Source of the DNA: Acidimicrobiales bacterium
GTDB lineage: Bacteria > Actinomycetota > Acidimicrobiia > Acidimicrobiales > Poriferisodalaceae
Assembly (NCBI GenBank): GCA_965116245.1
Contig: OZ220497.1
Span: 870,939 to 934,938, forward strand
DNA: 64,000 nt
Direction of reading: 5' to 3'
Shown: positions 28,569-38,520 of the stretch, in pieces
Layout of the letters: the number at the start of each line of letters is the position of its first letter
Position numbering within the stretch: position 1 is the first letter of the stretch
The notes under the pieces: model-generated
Told to the model about the DNA's origin: nothing
The model's input: only the letters and a program-made list of their open reading frames with translations
The model's database searches: none
Program-made: the position numbers and the translations under genes

Positions 28569-29123
28569 TCAGTTGCTGGCGCGGGCAGCGTCTTTCACTG
28601 CGGACCGGGTCACGATGCCCTCATAATCGGCCTCGGTTGCCGGGGAGTCGTCCCTGAGGAGGCGCGCAGCCTCGCTGCGTTCATCGGGGCCAAGCACTCG
28701 TGTCGGCAACGTCCACTCAACCAGCGAGCCGTCGGGATCACGGGTGTAGATACTGACGATGAAGTCGTGGTCGACCTCGACGACGTGGTAGCCATTATCG
28801 AGCCAGCGTTGCTTTTTGGCATCGAGTTCGGCGCGGCTGTCGACCTGAAACGCGACGTGGTTTACCCACCAGGGCAGACCCGCGCCTGTGGAGATGCCTC
28901 CGGACCAATCGTCTGCCTCGAGCTGCTCCCCTTCGAGCCCACGGAGGTCCCAGATGGCAAAGAGTGTGCCGTCGCCGATGTCATAGAAGATGTGCTTGGT
29001 CCAGCCCCCGCCTGGGGCTTCGCGCTTCACGACCTTCACCAACTCAAACCCCATCGCCTCGGTGTAGAACCGATGCACATTCTCGACGTTCTTCGCGGCG
29101 ACGGCCAGGTGGTGTACGGGCAT
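28569..29123 (-). CDS. VOC (glyoxalase/bleomycin-resistance/dioxygenase) family protein
   Basis: Contains VHHLAVAAKNVENVHRFYTEAMGFELV... and a second beta-alpha-beta-beta-beta half. Confidence 0.8.
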   Translation of the reverse strand: MPVHHLAVAAKNVENVHRFYTEAMGFELVKVVKREAPGGGWTKHIFYDIGDGTLFAIWDLRGLEGEQLEADDWSGGISTGAGLPWWVNHVAFQVDSRAELDAKKQRWLDNGYHVVEVDHDFIVSIYTRDPDGSLVEWTLPTRVLGPDERSEAARLLRDDSPATEADYEGIVTRSAVKDAARASN

Positions 29124-29191
29124 CCTCTAACCTCCAAAGACCGAATCTAACAATGCTTGGTTACGCTGTGCAAACCCACCGCAAGACAGCA

Positions 29192-30298
29192 TCAGAAATC
29201 AAAGGTCACGACGGAGCGGGCATGGGCCCCCACACGTAGGCGCTCGTATCCCACGTTGACGTCATCCAATGCGAGGTGCTCCTCGATCAAGGCGTCGAGC
29301 TCGAGGCGACCCTGCAGGTACAAGCGAGCCAACATCGGGATGTCGTCGGTGAAACGACTCGACCCCATGATCAACCCTCTGATCGCCTTTTGCCGGAAGA
29401 CCATCGGACCGCCCGGTATCTCGACCGTGGCATCGGCCGCGGGAACACCAACGATGTACGCGGTGCGCCCGGGCGCGGCCATGTCAACCGCCTGGGCGAT
29501 CGTCGCTGGCAATCCGACGACCTCGAATGCATGGTCGACACCGCCTCCCGATGCCTCGAGGACCGCGTCGGCGCCAGGTCCGGCACTGGCGTCAACGATG
29601 TCGGTCGCACCTAAACGACGAGCCAGCTCAAGCTTGGCTGGCTCGGTGTCGACCGCGAAGATGCGCTCCGCACCGGCGAGCCGCGCCCCTTGGACCACGT
29701 TCAAGCCCACGCCACCGCACCCAATCACGGCAACCGTCTCACCCACACCAACACGCGCACCGTTGATCACCGATCCCACGCCGGTGAGTACGGCGCAGCC
29801 CAACAACGCAGCGCAATCGAGGGGCACCTCTTTGGGGATAGCAACGACAGCGTTACGGTGAACCAACATCTGCTCGGCGAGGCCGCCGAGGGAACCAAGC
29901 GGGTAGAGCGGTTGGTTCGACCAGCGCAGGGGCGGGTCACCCGCGCCGCGCCCGATCGCTCGGCGGCGAGCACACAACCAGGGCTCGCCGCCGCGGCAGC
30001 GAGGACACGACCCACAGAACTGGGACGTGCATGTGACCACGTGATCGCCGACCCCAACGTCGGTGAACTCGCTGCCCACGGCCTCCACTACCCCGGCGCA
30101 CTCGTGGCCGATCACGGCTGGCAACGCCGCTGGCAGATGGCCGTCGAGCACGTGGACATCGCTGTGACAGAGCCCACACGCCGCCACGCGGACGAGCACC
30201 TCGTCTGGGCGCGGAGCGGCGATCTCGACATCTTCGATCCGCAATTCGCCCGGGGTTTGAGTGAGTACCGCTGCTCTGATGGATCTTCGCTCACTCAT
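29192..30298 (-). CDS. zinc-dependent alcohol dehydrogenase
   Basis: Contains VAACGLCHSDVHV and GHECAGVVEAVG, plus a structural-Zn Cys cluster (CGSCPRC) and GCGGVG. Confidence 0.9.
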   Translation of the reverse strand: MSERRSIRAAVLTQTPGELRIEDVEIAAPRPDEVLVRVAACGLCHSDVHVLDGHLPAALPAVIGHECAGVVEAVGSEFTDVGVGDHVVTCTSQFCGSCPRCRGGEPWLCARRRAIGRGAGDPPLRWSNQPLYPLGSLGGLAEQMLVHRNAVVAIPKEVPLDCAALLGCAVLTGVGSVINGARVGVGETVAVIGCGGVGLNVVQGARLAGAERIFAVDTEPAKLELARRLGATDIVDASAGPGADAVLEASGGGVDHAFEVVGLPATIAQAVDMAAPGRTAYIVGVPAADATVEIPGGPMVFRQKAIRGLIMGSSRFTDDIPMLARLYLQGRLELDALIEEHLALDDVNVGYERLRVGAHARSVVTFDF

Positions 30299-30453
30299 TG
30301 GTCCCTCCTCATCTGTACCAGCATCGAGGCTTTCCGGTCGATCTCAGCCACAGAGGCATTGGCGTCGATGAACAGCTTGATGATTGCGGCACCGATCCCC
30401 TGTGCTGCTCCGGTGAAGACGACGTCGCCGGTGAAATCGAAGGCGGTCGTCAT
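30295..30453 (-). pseudogene. 52-codon stub of a short-chain dehydrogenase (N-terminal Rossmann beta-alpha-beta only)
   Basis: My base-by-base translation gives MTTAFDFTGDVVFTGAAQGIGAAIIKLFIDANASVAEIDRKASMLVQMRRDQ*. The TGxxxGIG motif is present. There are ATGA overlaps with the P450 stop and with the ADH start. Confidence 0.6.
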
Positions 30454-31640
30454 TGAGTTGCTCCCGTGGCCTCAACCGGGACCGCGACTGGCCCGCGGAC
30501 ATGGCCGGGCGTCCACTCGACCTCCTCAGGATTCGGCACGCGGAACGTAGGGAACGCCCCGATGAACTCCTCCAGCGCGACCCGCAGCTCCATGCGGGCG
30601 AGGTTGGAGCCCAGGCAACGGTGGATCCCCAGGCCAAACGTTGCGTGCCGGTTGGCCGCACGGTCGATGACGAACTCATCCGCCCGGTCGAACGCTGATA
30701 GATCCCGGTTGGCGGAGACGAAGGGCAGCAGAAGGCGTTCACCAGCCCGAATCGGGCAGCCAGCGAAGTCGATGTCGTTGGCGGCGATCCGTCCGACGGC
30801 GACAGGGGCGTAGAACCGCAGCACCTCCTCAACCGCACCGGGGATCAGCTCTGGCTCAGCGACCAACCGAGCGAGGTCTGCCTGGTGGCTGCCGAGATGC
30901 CAGAGCGCTGTGCCCAAAACGCTCCACGTCGTGTCGATACCGGCCACGACGAGGAGGTACGCCATTCCGACCGCCATCTCGTCGGACAGCGGCTCGCCAT
31001 CGATCTGCTGGCTTGCGACGATCGTCAGAACATCGGTGCCGTCGCCTCCCCGGCGGTCCTCGAGCAGGGGGCGGAGGTACTGCTGCAGCGCAGCAATGGC
31101 ATCGTGTCGTGCGCGTGGATCGGCATATCCCTCGACCATGATCGCTCGTATCCATCCGCGGAACGTCGCGGCATCGGCGGGGGGCAAGTCAAGCAACATC
31201 GCCACCGCCTGAGTCGGGATGTGCTGGGCAAAACGTCCGGCTGCGTCAAAGCGGCCGTTCGCTGGCAATGCTGCGATCAGACTCTTGCAGTAGCCGCGGA
31301 GCTCGTCCTCAAGCCCCGCGATAGAGCGTGGTGCGAAGCTCGGCAACAGGACACGCCGATGATCACCGTGGTCGGGCGGATCGCTGGTGATTGGAGGTGA
31401 TTTCTTTGTGTTCGTACCGGGCGGGCGAACGCCGGTCTCGCGCGAGCTGAAGGCCTCGTGATCCAGTATCACTGAGCTGATCAGGTCGTGAGTCGTCACC
31501 AACCAGGCTCCTCCGTAGCGCTCGGTGCGCGCCACTGGACAGGTGTCGCGCAGCGTGGCCGCTATCGAGAACGGATCCCGCGCCCAAGCCGGATCGGCGT
31601 GGTCCCAGTCGGTGCACCAGTCCTGCACTGGATCCGTCAT
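30450..31640 (-). CDS. cytochrome P450
   Basis: Has the FGLGIHRCLGSNLAR haem-thiolate loop and EEVLRFYAP (ExxR). Confidence 0.95.
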   Translation of the reverse strand: MTDPVQDWCTDWDHADPAWARDPFSIAATLRDTCPVARTERYGGAWLVTTHDLISSVILDHEAFSSRETGVRPPGTNTKKSPPITSDPPDHGDHRRVLLPSFAPRSIAGLEDELRGYCKSLIAALPANGRFDAAGRFAQHIPTQAVAMLLDLPPADAATFRGWIRAIMVEGYADPRARHDAIAALQQYLRPLLEDRRGGDGTDVLTIVASQQIDGEPLSDEMAVGMAYLLVVAGIDTTWSVLGTALWHLGSHQADLARLVAEPELIPGAVEEVLRFYAPVAVGRIAANDIDFAGCPIRAGERLLLPFVSANRDLSAFDRADEFVIDRAANRHATFGLGIHRCLGSNLARMELRVALEEFIGAFPTFRVPNPEEVEWTPGHVRGPVAVPVEATGATQ

Positions 31641-31739
31641 ACAGCGGCCTCCCGCAACCGAGTGTTACTGCAAATCTATCACTGTTTGATTAGCGAGACC
31701 AGGCGGTGTCGTAGGCGCATGCGAGCGACGGAAGTCCGG

Positions 31740-32882
31740 TCACGATGCGTCCGCAACGACGCCAGCGCCGATCCAGGCCTCGATTTCCTCGCTTGACGCG
31801 CCGATCTCTGCGAGCACCTGGGCAGCGCTGAGTCCACGAGACTCGATAGACGAGGTGGTGTCAACGTGTGCGGAGAGCCTGGGGGCTGGCCCACTATGAA
31901 GCCGATCGCCGTGCCGGTACACGGTCCGTCGCTCGACCAGATGCTCGTCGTCGTCAAGTTCGTCGATACCGAGCACCGGAGCCACGCAGGCGTCGACCCC
32001 CGCGAACGCGGCGTCCCACTCGGGTCGAGTTCGGTTGAGAAACTCGGCAGCGAACCGCCTGCGCAACGCTGGCCAGCGAGTGGCATCCCACTGGGCGGTG
32101 GGGTCCTCGCCTGGCGCGACCACGTGGATCAACGCCGCGTAGAACTGCGGCTCGATCGCACCGACGGAGTACCAGTCGCCGTCACGGCATTCGTAGACGC
32201 CGTAGAACGGGGCAGTCCCCGACAACAGGTGGGTGCCGCGGCGTCCGTCCCACAAGCCACTCGCCCGCTCGCCGAACGCGGCTGACAACAGCAGCGTCGC
32301 GCCGTCGACGATCGACGCATCGACAACTTGGCCCTCGCCTGTCTGTCGCCGCTCAAACAGAGCCAGGATCGTCCCGATCACGGCCATGAACGAGCCCGAA
32401 GCAAGGTCGCCGAGGAAGGCGAGCGGCACGACAGGCTCGTCGGTTCCGATCAACCCGAGCAGGCCGGAAGTCGCCAGATAGTTGATGTCGTGTCCCGCAC
32501 GCTGGGCGTAGGGACCCTGCTGGCCCCAGCCCGTGAGGCGGACGTAGACCAGCCCGGGGTTGCGGGCGAGCAACACGTCCGGGCCCAGCCCACGTCGCTC
32601 CATCGCGCCCGGCCGATTCCCCTCGAGCAGGACGTCACACTCGTCAGCGAGGCGGCGGATCACGTGGGGCCCGTCGGGCGCGCGAATGTCGATCACGAGT
32701 TCGGACTTCCCGCGGCGGAGAAACGCCGCGGGATCGGGCCCGGACGCGTCCGGCCGGAGCACGTGGATCACCTCGGCGCCGTAGTCCGCGAGCATCATCG
32801 TCGCGAACGGACCTGGACCGAGTGCGCTCATGTCGAGCACCCGGATACCTTCCAGCGGCCCAGCGTTGGACTCACGCATCAC
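31740..32882 (-). CDS. alpha-methylacyl-CoA racemase-like family III CoA-transferase
   Basis: AGPLEGIRVLDMSALGPGPFATMMLADYGAEVIHVLRPD closely resembles the N-terminus of mycobacterial MCR. Confidence 0.85.
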   Translation of the reverse strand: MMRESNAGPLEGIRVLDMSALGPGPFATMMLADYGAEVIHVLRPDASGPDPAAFLRRGKSELVIDIRAPDGPHVIRRLADECDVLLEGNRPGAMERRGLGPDVLLARNPGLVYVRLTGWGQQGPYAQRAGHDINYLATSGLLGLIGTDEPVVPLAFLGDLASGSFMAVIGTILALFERRQTGEGQVVDASIVDGATLLLSAAFGERASGLWDGRRGTHLLSGTAPFYGVYECRDGDWYSVGAIEPQFYAALIHVVAPGEDPTAQWDATRWPALRRRFAAEFLNRTRPEWDAAFAGVDACVAPVLGIDELDDDEHLVERRTVYRHGDRLHSGPAPRLSAHVDTTSSIESRGLSAAQVLAEIGASSEEIEAWIGAGVVADAS

Positions 32883-32965
32883 CGATCACCGTCCTCCATT
32901 CGATTCACTACGATCCATCATCATTAGGCAATTCGAGGAGATCGGAGGCGGGCCACACCGGGCCT

Positions 32966-34294
32966 TCACCGGGTCAGGCGGCCAGCGGCAAGCTCGCCTG
33001 AGGTGACTGCGGCGTTGACGCTCGAGCGGGCAAGGTAGTCACCGGCAAGTTGGATCGACGAGCGCTCGCCTGTCGCCTCCCGAAGATGCACCAAGTCCCG
33101 ATACGTCCCCACCCGAGAGGCAACGAGCGCGGGGTCCCATCGCGTCACGACCGCCGTTTGCATCGAGTCGAGGGACCAGGCGGGAAAGCGGAGCCGCAGG
33201 GTGTCAACGAAACCATCGACTAATCGGTCGTCTTCGTCGGCCCAGTGCTCGTTGCTCCAGTCGGTCATGTAGAACGCGGTCAGGATTCCCCCACCCGGGG
33301 GCGTGCGACCGTCGGCCATGTTGTGATTCAGGCCGACCACCGGAAGGGATGGATCGATCTCGCGAGGGATGAGCACCATCGAGGATGTCTCGTCAGGAGC
33401 GGCTGCCAGCCCGAGACTGACGACGATCGTCCTGGAGTGCGACAGCGCAGACAAGTACTGACGCGCCTTGGGCGTGAGGCGTTCGACAAGATCGGGAACC
33501 CGCGACGCAGGCGTGGCCACCACGACTCCGTCGACCGTGTCCGATCGCGGGAAGCTGCCGGCGGTCCACTCCACGTTCACTCCCCGACCCGCAGGTGACA
33601 CCCGGTTGACCTCGGCACCGACCTCCACGTCGAGTCGCTGCGCGATTCGTTCAAGAAAGAAGCCGACGCCATCGGAGTGCGAGAGCAGACGACCGGCCAG
33701 CAGCAACGACTTCATGGCTCCGAACAGGTCCACGATCGACGTTTGGTCAGGCTCGACCAGGAACAGGGCCCGACACAGGGGGCGGATGAACAACGTCACC
33801 ACCTGCTCGTCAACACCTCGGCGGCGGCACCAGTGATCGACGGATTCGACGTCGAACCGCGCCGCACTCGCGAGGTCGGAGTCGTTCACCGATCGATAGA
33901 TTCGAAGGAAAGGACCGAGCAGCGTCGTGATCCGCAGCTTCGCCCCCGCACTGAGGTGACCCGCCGACAGGAACGTCCACGGACGCGCGCGGTCGATACG
34001 ATGAACTGCCCCATCGTGCAGCGTGCCGATGACCGGCGGCACGCGGTCCACCTCGGCACCGACGCTCGCGTCGGCCAACAGGCGCTCCACAGCGTCGTAG
34101 GTGTCCGGCAGAGCCCCAGCGCCCACATCGAATCGATAGCCATCCGCCTCGATCGTGCGACAGCGTCCACCAACGCGCCCTGAAGCCTCGAGCACCCGGA
34201 CCGACCAACCAGCCTGATGAAGACGGAACGCTGCCGAGATGCCCGCGGCACCGGCGCCGACGACTAGCGCTCGAGGCACTCGAATTCCCGGCAT
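32966..34294 (-). CDS. FAD-dependent oxidoreductase (amine-oxidase / protoporphyrinogen-oxidase-like fold)
   Basis: Contains ALVVGAGAAGISAAFRLHQAGWSVRVLEASGRVGGRCRT and the C-terminal QLAGDY motif. Confidence 0.8.
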   Translation of the reverse strand: MPGIRVPRALVVGAGAAGISAAFRLHQAGWSVRVLEASGRVGGRCRTIEADGYRFDVGAGALPDTYDAVERLLADASVGAEVDRVPPVIGTLHDGAVHRIDRARPWTFLSAGHLSAGAKLRITTLLGPFLRIYRSVNDSDLASAARFDVESVDHWCRRRGVDEQVVTLFIRPLCRALFLVEPDQTSIVDLFGAMKSLLLAGRLLSHSDGVGFFLERIAQRLDVEVGAEVNRVSPAGRGVNVEWTAGSFPRSDTVDGVVVATPASRVPDLVERLTPKARQYLSALSHSRTIVVSLGLAAAPDETSSMVLIPREIDPSLPVVGLNHNMADGRTPPGGGILTAFYMTDWSNEHWADEDDRLVDGFVDTLRLRFPAWSLDSMQTAVVTRWDPALVASRVGTYRDLVHLREATGERSSIQLAGDYLARSSVNAAVTSGELAAGRLTR

Positions 34295-34368
34295 TTATCC
34301 ATCATTGATTGGATTATGTCAGACTGTCTCGACACTGTCAGTCAGCCGGATGAGGAGAGCGCAGATCG

Positions 34369-35712
34369 ATGACCGACACACCGCACGCGATCATCATCGG
34401 AGCGGGGATCGCCGGGCTCAGCGCGGGGTTCCGGCTGCATGAAGCTGGCTGGCGGGTCACGGTCCTGGAGGCGAGTGACCACGTCGGCGGTCGCATGAGC
34501 AGTGTGGAAATCGACGGGTTCATCTGCAACCGGGCCGCGAACATCTTGCCCGGCTCGTACGATGCCATCCGGCAGCTCGCCGCCGATGTTGGCATCGGCG
34601 ACAAGCTCGGCGTGACGGACGGCGTCATCGCGACACTGCGCGACGGACACATTCATCGACTGCGATCAGACAAGCTCATTCGTGACGGCCTCCGGACGCG
34701 GCTGGTGCCGTGGCGGACGAAACTCCGTGCAATCCCGATCCTGATCGACGCCCGGCGCATGCGCGGGAGCCTGAGCTACCAGAACCTCGGCGCGGCCGCC
34801 GACTTCGACGTTGAAACCGTCGCTGAATACTGTGCCCGGCGACTCACCCCCGAGCTTCGCGAGTACGTCGTCGAGCCGGTGGTCCGGGCCCTCTACGTCT
34901 CGGAGGCGGAGCGGCTGTCAGTGGTGGACTTCTTCTTCGCAGCATTGAACTTCATCGGCTCCGGGTTCATGCAGTACCCGGGCGGCATCGGGTTCCTGGC
35001 CGAAGCGCTCGCCGCGACGCTGGACGTTCGCCTTGAATGTCGCGTCGAGAACGTGAGCCACACTGGCGAGGGCGCGCAGGTGACCTGGGAACATAACGGC
35101 ACGCAGGAGGTCGCGGTAGCCGATGCTGCCGTCATCGCCACCGTCGGAGCCGTCGTCCCCGAGTTGTACCCCGATCTGGACAAACGAGCGTCGGAGATAC
35201 TGCGCACAGACCTCGAGTACGCGTCGGTGTTTAACGCCCACTTTGGACTCGCCGAGCGACCCGAGGAACCAGCATCGATTATCCAGGTGCCCCGGGCCGA
35301 GGACGAGGCGCTTTGCGTGGTCACCCTCGACCACAATGCCAGCCCGTCGATCGTTCCCGCTGGCAAAGGGAAACTCGCGACCTACTGGCACCACCACTGG
35401 TGTTCAAGCCGCATGGATCGCGAAGACGCGGACCTGCTCGCCGAGATGCTTCCTTCCGTTCGGAAGGTCGTGCCCGACGTCGAGGCGTTGACCGTCACCT
35501 CGCGTATCGATCGCTGGCCGCTCGGCGTCGTCCGTAGTCGCCCGGGCACGTATGCGCTCATGCGAGAACTCGGCTCTCGCATCGACGCCCGATCACCGAT
35601 CCAACTGGCTGGCGACTACTTCTCGGCGTCGTCAACCAACGGCTGCGCTGTGTCTGGGGATCTCGCTGCCGAGCGACTCCTCGGGACCCGATCCGACTTG
35701 CGGCTCGCATGA
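34369..35712 (+). CDS. FAD-dependent oxidoreductase, divergently transcribed paralogue of 32966..34294
   Basis: Contains AIIIGAGIAGLSAGFRLHEAGWRVTVLEASDHVGGRMSS and QLAGDY. Confidence 0.8.
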   Translation: MTDTPHAIIIGAGIAGLSAGFRLHEAGWRVTVLEASDHVGGRMSSVEIDGFICNRAANILPGSYDAIRQLAADVGIGDKLGVTDGVIATLRDGHIHRLRSDKLIRDGLRTRLVPWRTKLRAIPILIDARRMRGSLSYQNLGAAADFDVETVAEYCARRLTPELREYVVEPVVRALYVSEAERLSVVDFFFAALNFIGSGFMQYPGGIGFLAEALAATLDVRLECRVENVSHTGEGAQVTWEHNGTQEVAVADAAVIATVGAVVPELYPDLDKRASEILRTDLEYASVFNAHFGLAERPEEPASIIQVPRAEDEALCVVTLDHNASPSIVPAGKGKLATYWHHHWCSSRMDREDADLLAEMLPSVRKVVPDVEALTVTSRIDRWPLGVVRSRPGTYALMRELGSRIDARSPIQLAGDYFSASSTNGCAVSGDLAAERLLGTRSDLRLA

Positions 35713-35720
35713 GTTTACGA

Positions 35721-35768
35721 TACGTTGTTGGATTACCGTACGTTGTTTGATTACCGTTTGGTTACCGG
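35721..35768 (+). promoter_or_regulatory. tandem AT-rich box, 2 full copies plus a partial (tacgttgtt[g/t]gattaccg), upstream of the SCP2-P450 operon
   Basis: Read directly. It belongs to the island-wide motif family described in the findings. Confidence 0.5.
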
Positions 35769-35787
35769 TACTGAGAGGATTCAGTGT

Positions 35788-36198
35788 ATGGGCATGTTCC
35801 GGGACGCCGAGGAGCTGTACACCGTCCAAGGCGGCTTCTTCGACCTCATCACGGTCGATTCAAGCCTCGGACCCAAGTTCGCAGCATCCAACACATCGTT
35901 CCTCGTGAAATACACCGCCCCCGAGGCCTTCATCCTCGTGGACTGCACTGGTGACGAGAACCAGGTCATCTACCCGGCCAGCCCCGACACGGATGCGGAG
36001 ATCACCCTCACCATGGAGGCCGATGCGGGGCACCGGTTCTGGCTCGGCGACCTCAACCTCACCGGAGCGATCGCTCGGCGAAAGGTCACGATCCATGGCT
36101 CGATGAAGGACGCGCTCCGTCTGCTTCCGGCGATGAAGCCTGCCTTCCCGAAGTACCGCACCTACTGCGTTGAGAACGGCCACGCAGACAAGATCTGA
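35788..36198 (+). CDS. SCP2 sterol-carrier-like lipid-binding domain protein
   Basis: 136 aa. GHRFWLGDLNLTGAIARRKVTIHGSMKDALRLLPAMKPAFPKY is typical of actinobacterial SCP2 proteins. Confidence 0.7.
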   Translation: MGMFRDAEELYTVQGGFFDLITVDSSLGPKFAASNTSFLVKYTAPEAFILVDCTGDENQVIYPASPDTDAEITLTMEADAGHRFWLGDLNLTGAIARRKVTIHGSMKDALRLLPAMKPAFPKYRTYCVENGHADKI

Positions 36199-36206
36199 GG
36201 ACACCA

Positions 36207-37511
36207 ATGACCGAGCTTGCGAAGACGGCGAATCCTCAGACCGACGACACCGTAGATCGACTACTCGATGATTTCGATCACCAATCTGCGGACTTCGCCC
36301 ACCACTGGGCCGAGGTGTACGGCAAGGCCCGGGCCAACCAATGCCCGGTGATCCACTCCGACAAGCATGGAGGGTTCGACGCCGTCCTCGGCTATGAAGA
36401 TGTGGTCACGGCGTTTCGCGACTGGAAGACCTTCGCCTCCGAGCGGCTGCTCGACGAAGACGGGATCGAGATGGAGGGTGGCGTGGGCATTCCCGCCCAT
36501 GTGTTCCGGATCGGGTTCCTCGAGATGGATCCGCCGCAGTCACTCAATCTGCGCCGACTCTGCAATCCGTGGTTCAACCGGAACACCATCGATGCAGCTC
36601 GGCCCCGCCTGGGCGAGATCATGCACTGGGCCTTCGACAGCGTGGCGGAGAAGGGCCAGTGTGATGTCGTCACCGACCTCGTGACCCCGTTCCAGTGTGT
36701 GTCGATCATGGACCTCCTGGGGATTCCTCTTGAGAAGTGGCCGCGCTACAAGGAAGTGGTTGACCAGGAGGTCGCCCAGGAGGAGTCGAGCCTCGAAGGG
36801 ATGCAGTGGCTTCTCGCCGACATCTTCGATGAGATCGAGCGGCAGACTGCCGAAAGGGGCCACGGGCTGCTGGCCGTCCTCGCGTCAAGTGAACTCGATG
36901 GCGAACGATTGGACCCCGAGCTCGTGACCGAGCTGATCCTCATGTTGCTCCTCGGGGGGATGGACACCACCATCGCGACGGTCGGGCTCGCGGTTCGGCA
37001 TCTCCACGACACACCAGAGGATCGAGCGCGCCTAAAGGAGAGCCCCGACCTCATCGAGTCGTTCGTCGAGGAGGTGCTGCGTTTCTACACGCCAGCGACC
37101 GGAATGGGTCGTACGATCCGTACGCCGACCACGTTCGCGGGCCAATCCTACGAGCGTGGCGACCGCGTCTACCTCGCGATCGCCTCCGCGAATCGCGACG
37201 AGCGGGCCTTCGACCGAGCCGACAAGTTCGTGATCGACCGCTCGCCCAACCCACACATGAGCTTCGGCACCGGCACCCATCACTGCATCGGCTCCGAGTT
37301 CGCCCGAAGCAACACCCAACTCTTCCTCACGACGTTGCTCAGCAGGATGCCCGACTTCGAGGTGGACGTTGCCGCCGCTCACATGGCGACCAGCATCCCG
37401 CACGCCCGGTCCTACCTCACGCTCCCGATCAGCTACGACCCCGGCCGATCATTCGGCCTCGGCGACAATGCATGGCCCGAGTTCAAGACCGACCCCATCC
37501 GGCCGGTCTAG
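36207..37511 (+). CDS. cytochrome P450
   Basis: Contains FGTGTHHCIGSEFAR and EEVLRFYTP. Confidence 0.95.
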   Translation: MTELAKTANPQTDDTVDRLLDDFDHQSADFAHHWAEVYGKARANQCPVIHSDKHGGFDAVLGYEDVVTAFRDWKTFASERLLDEDGIEMEGGVGIPAHVFRIGFLEMDPPQSLNLRRLCNPWFNRNTIDAARPRLGEIMHWAFDSVAEKGQCDVVTDLVTPFQCVSIMDLLGIPLEKWPRYKEVVDQEVAQEESSLEGMQWLLADIFDEIERQTAERGHGLLAVLASSELDGERLDPELVTELILMLLLGGMDTTIATVGLAVRHLHDTPEDRARLKESPDLIESFVEEVLRFYTPATGMGRTIRTPTTFAGQSYERGDRVYLAIASANRDERAFDRADKFVIDRSPNPHMSFGTGTHHCIGSEFARSNTQLFLTTLLSRMPDFEVDVAAAHMATSIPHARSYLTLPISYDPGRSFGLGDNAWPEFKTDPIRPV

Positions 37512-37682
37512 ACAAGCGGCAAGCGTCGCGGCTACCAGCTAGGCCGCTGTCAGGGCGTCCGGGCTCAGCGAACGATCTCACGAGCGGTCATGCGGGCGCC
37601 TCAGCATTGATGGTTCCCATCGGATGGGCTCCCGCTCCGGTGTGCCAGCCTCCGCCGCCGACGATCGCGTCGGCTCGTGCTG

Positions 37683-38378
37683 TCACGTATGCACGCCAAG
37701 CAGCTCATAAACGTACAGTCCGACCATCATGGCGGTGGCGAAAGCCGCGTGTGGCAGCGCCAGCCCGATCAAGAAGATCGCCGTTCGAGTGCGTGGTGGG
37801 TGTTGGCGATCATCGGCGGCGACGTTGAGGTCGTCCCAGCCAAGCTGATCGAGAATGTGTCGAGCCTGCGAGATCATGAACAGAGTGACCACGAGCATCA
37901 GGCCCGTCGTAACGAAGTGCAGCCACGGGATGTTGAAGAAAAGCCACTTGTCATCGAGCCCGTAGATGTTGGCCTCGGTCAGCTCGATCATCATGCCCTC
38001 GACAATGATGTTGGCGACGTAGACCCCGACCATGGCGATGCCATAGCGCCATCCGCCGAGACGATCTCGAAGTGGCTCGTCGAGGTACTTGAGCCACACC
38101 ACGGTCAAGATGCCGAAAAAGGCACCATAGGAGAGCGGCGCCCAGAGCGCTTCGCCGCGCCCGCCCCATGTCGCGATCCACATCGAGTCCGGGTGGAACT
38201 CCATGTTCCACATCTCCGGACCAGCGTATACCCAGTCGTGTTGCCAACTCAGGAATGCGCCTAAGTAGACGCCGAGTATGAGCCCGCGCCTGGTCTGGGT
38301 CCAGACGAGCCAGAGCCCCGCGAGGAAGGCGAGGAGAAACCCGGCCTCCACCAGCCTCACACCTACCGTTGCGATCAT
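37683..38378 (-). CDS. polytopic membrane protein, possibly a short AveC-superfamily member
   Basis: 231 aa. LSWQHDWVY resembles the AveC ASWQSPLMNW region. ATG is preceded by AGGGGAG. Confidence 0.5.
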   Translation of the reverse strand: MIATVGVRLVEAGFLLAFLAGLWLVWTQTRRGLILGVYLGAFLSWQHDWVYAGPEMWNMEFHPDSMWIATWGGRGEALWAPLSYGAFFGILTVVWLKYLDEPLRDRLGGWRYGIAMVGVYVANIIVEGMMIELTEANIYGLDDKWLFFNIPWLHFVTTGLMLVVTLFMISQARHILDQLGWDDLNVAADDRQHPPRTRTAIFLIGLALPHAAFATAMMVGLYVYELLGVHT

Positions 38379-38520
38379 CGCGCGTCTCCCCTAACTAGCC
38401 GGAGGCACCATAATCTAACGACGTTCGGTGACTCGGTCGACCGAATAGCCCTGGCCATCCGCCGCCCACCTCCGTCGTGTCGACGCCGCCTGCGATCGCG
38501 TGCCACCACCTCTGGTTCGA

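Noticed and set aside
32966-35712. The two protoporphyrinogen-oxidase-fold flavoenzymes as the missing hemY/hemG of the haem pathway seen at 3.2-7.6 kb.
   Set aside because: They sit in the catabolic island, are divergently paired with SCP2/P450 genes and share the island box. The fold family is broad (amine oxidases, desaturases). Nothing links them to the hem operon.
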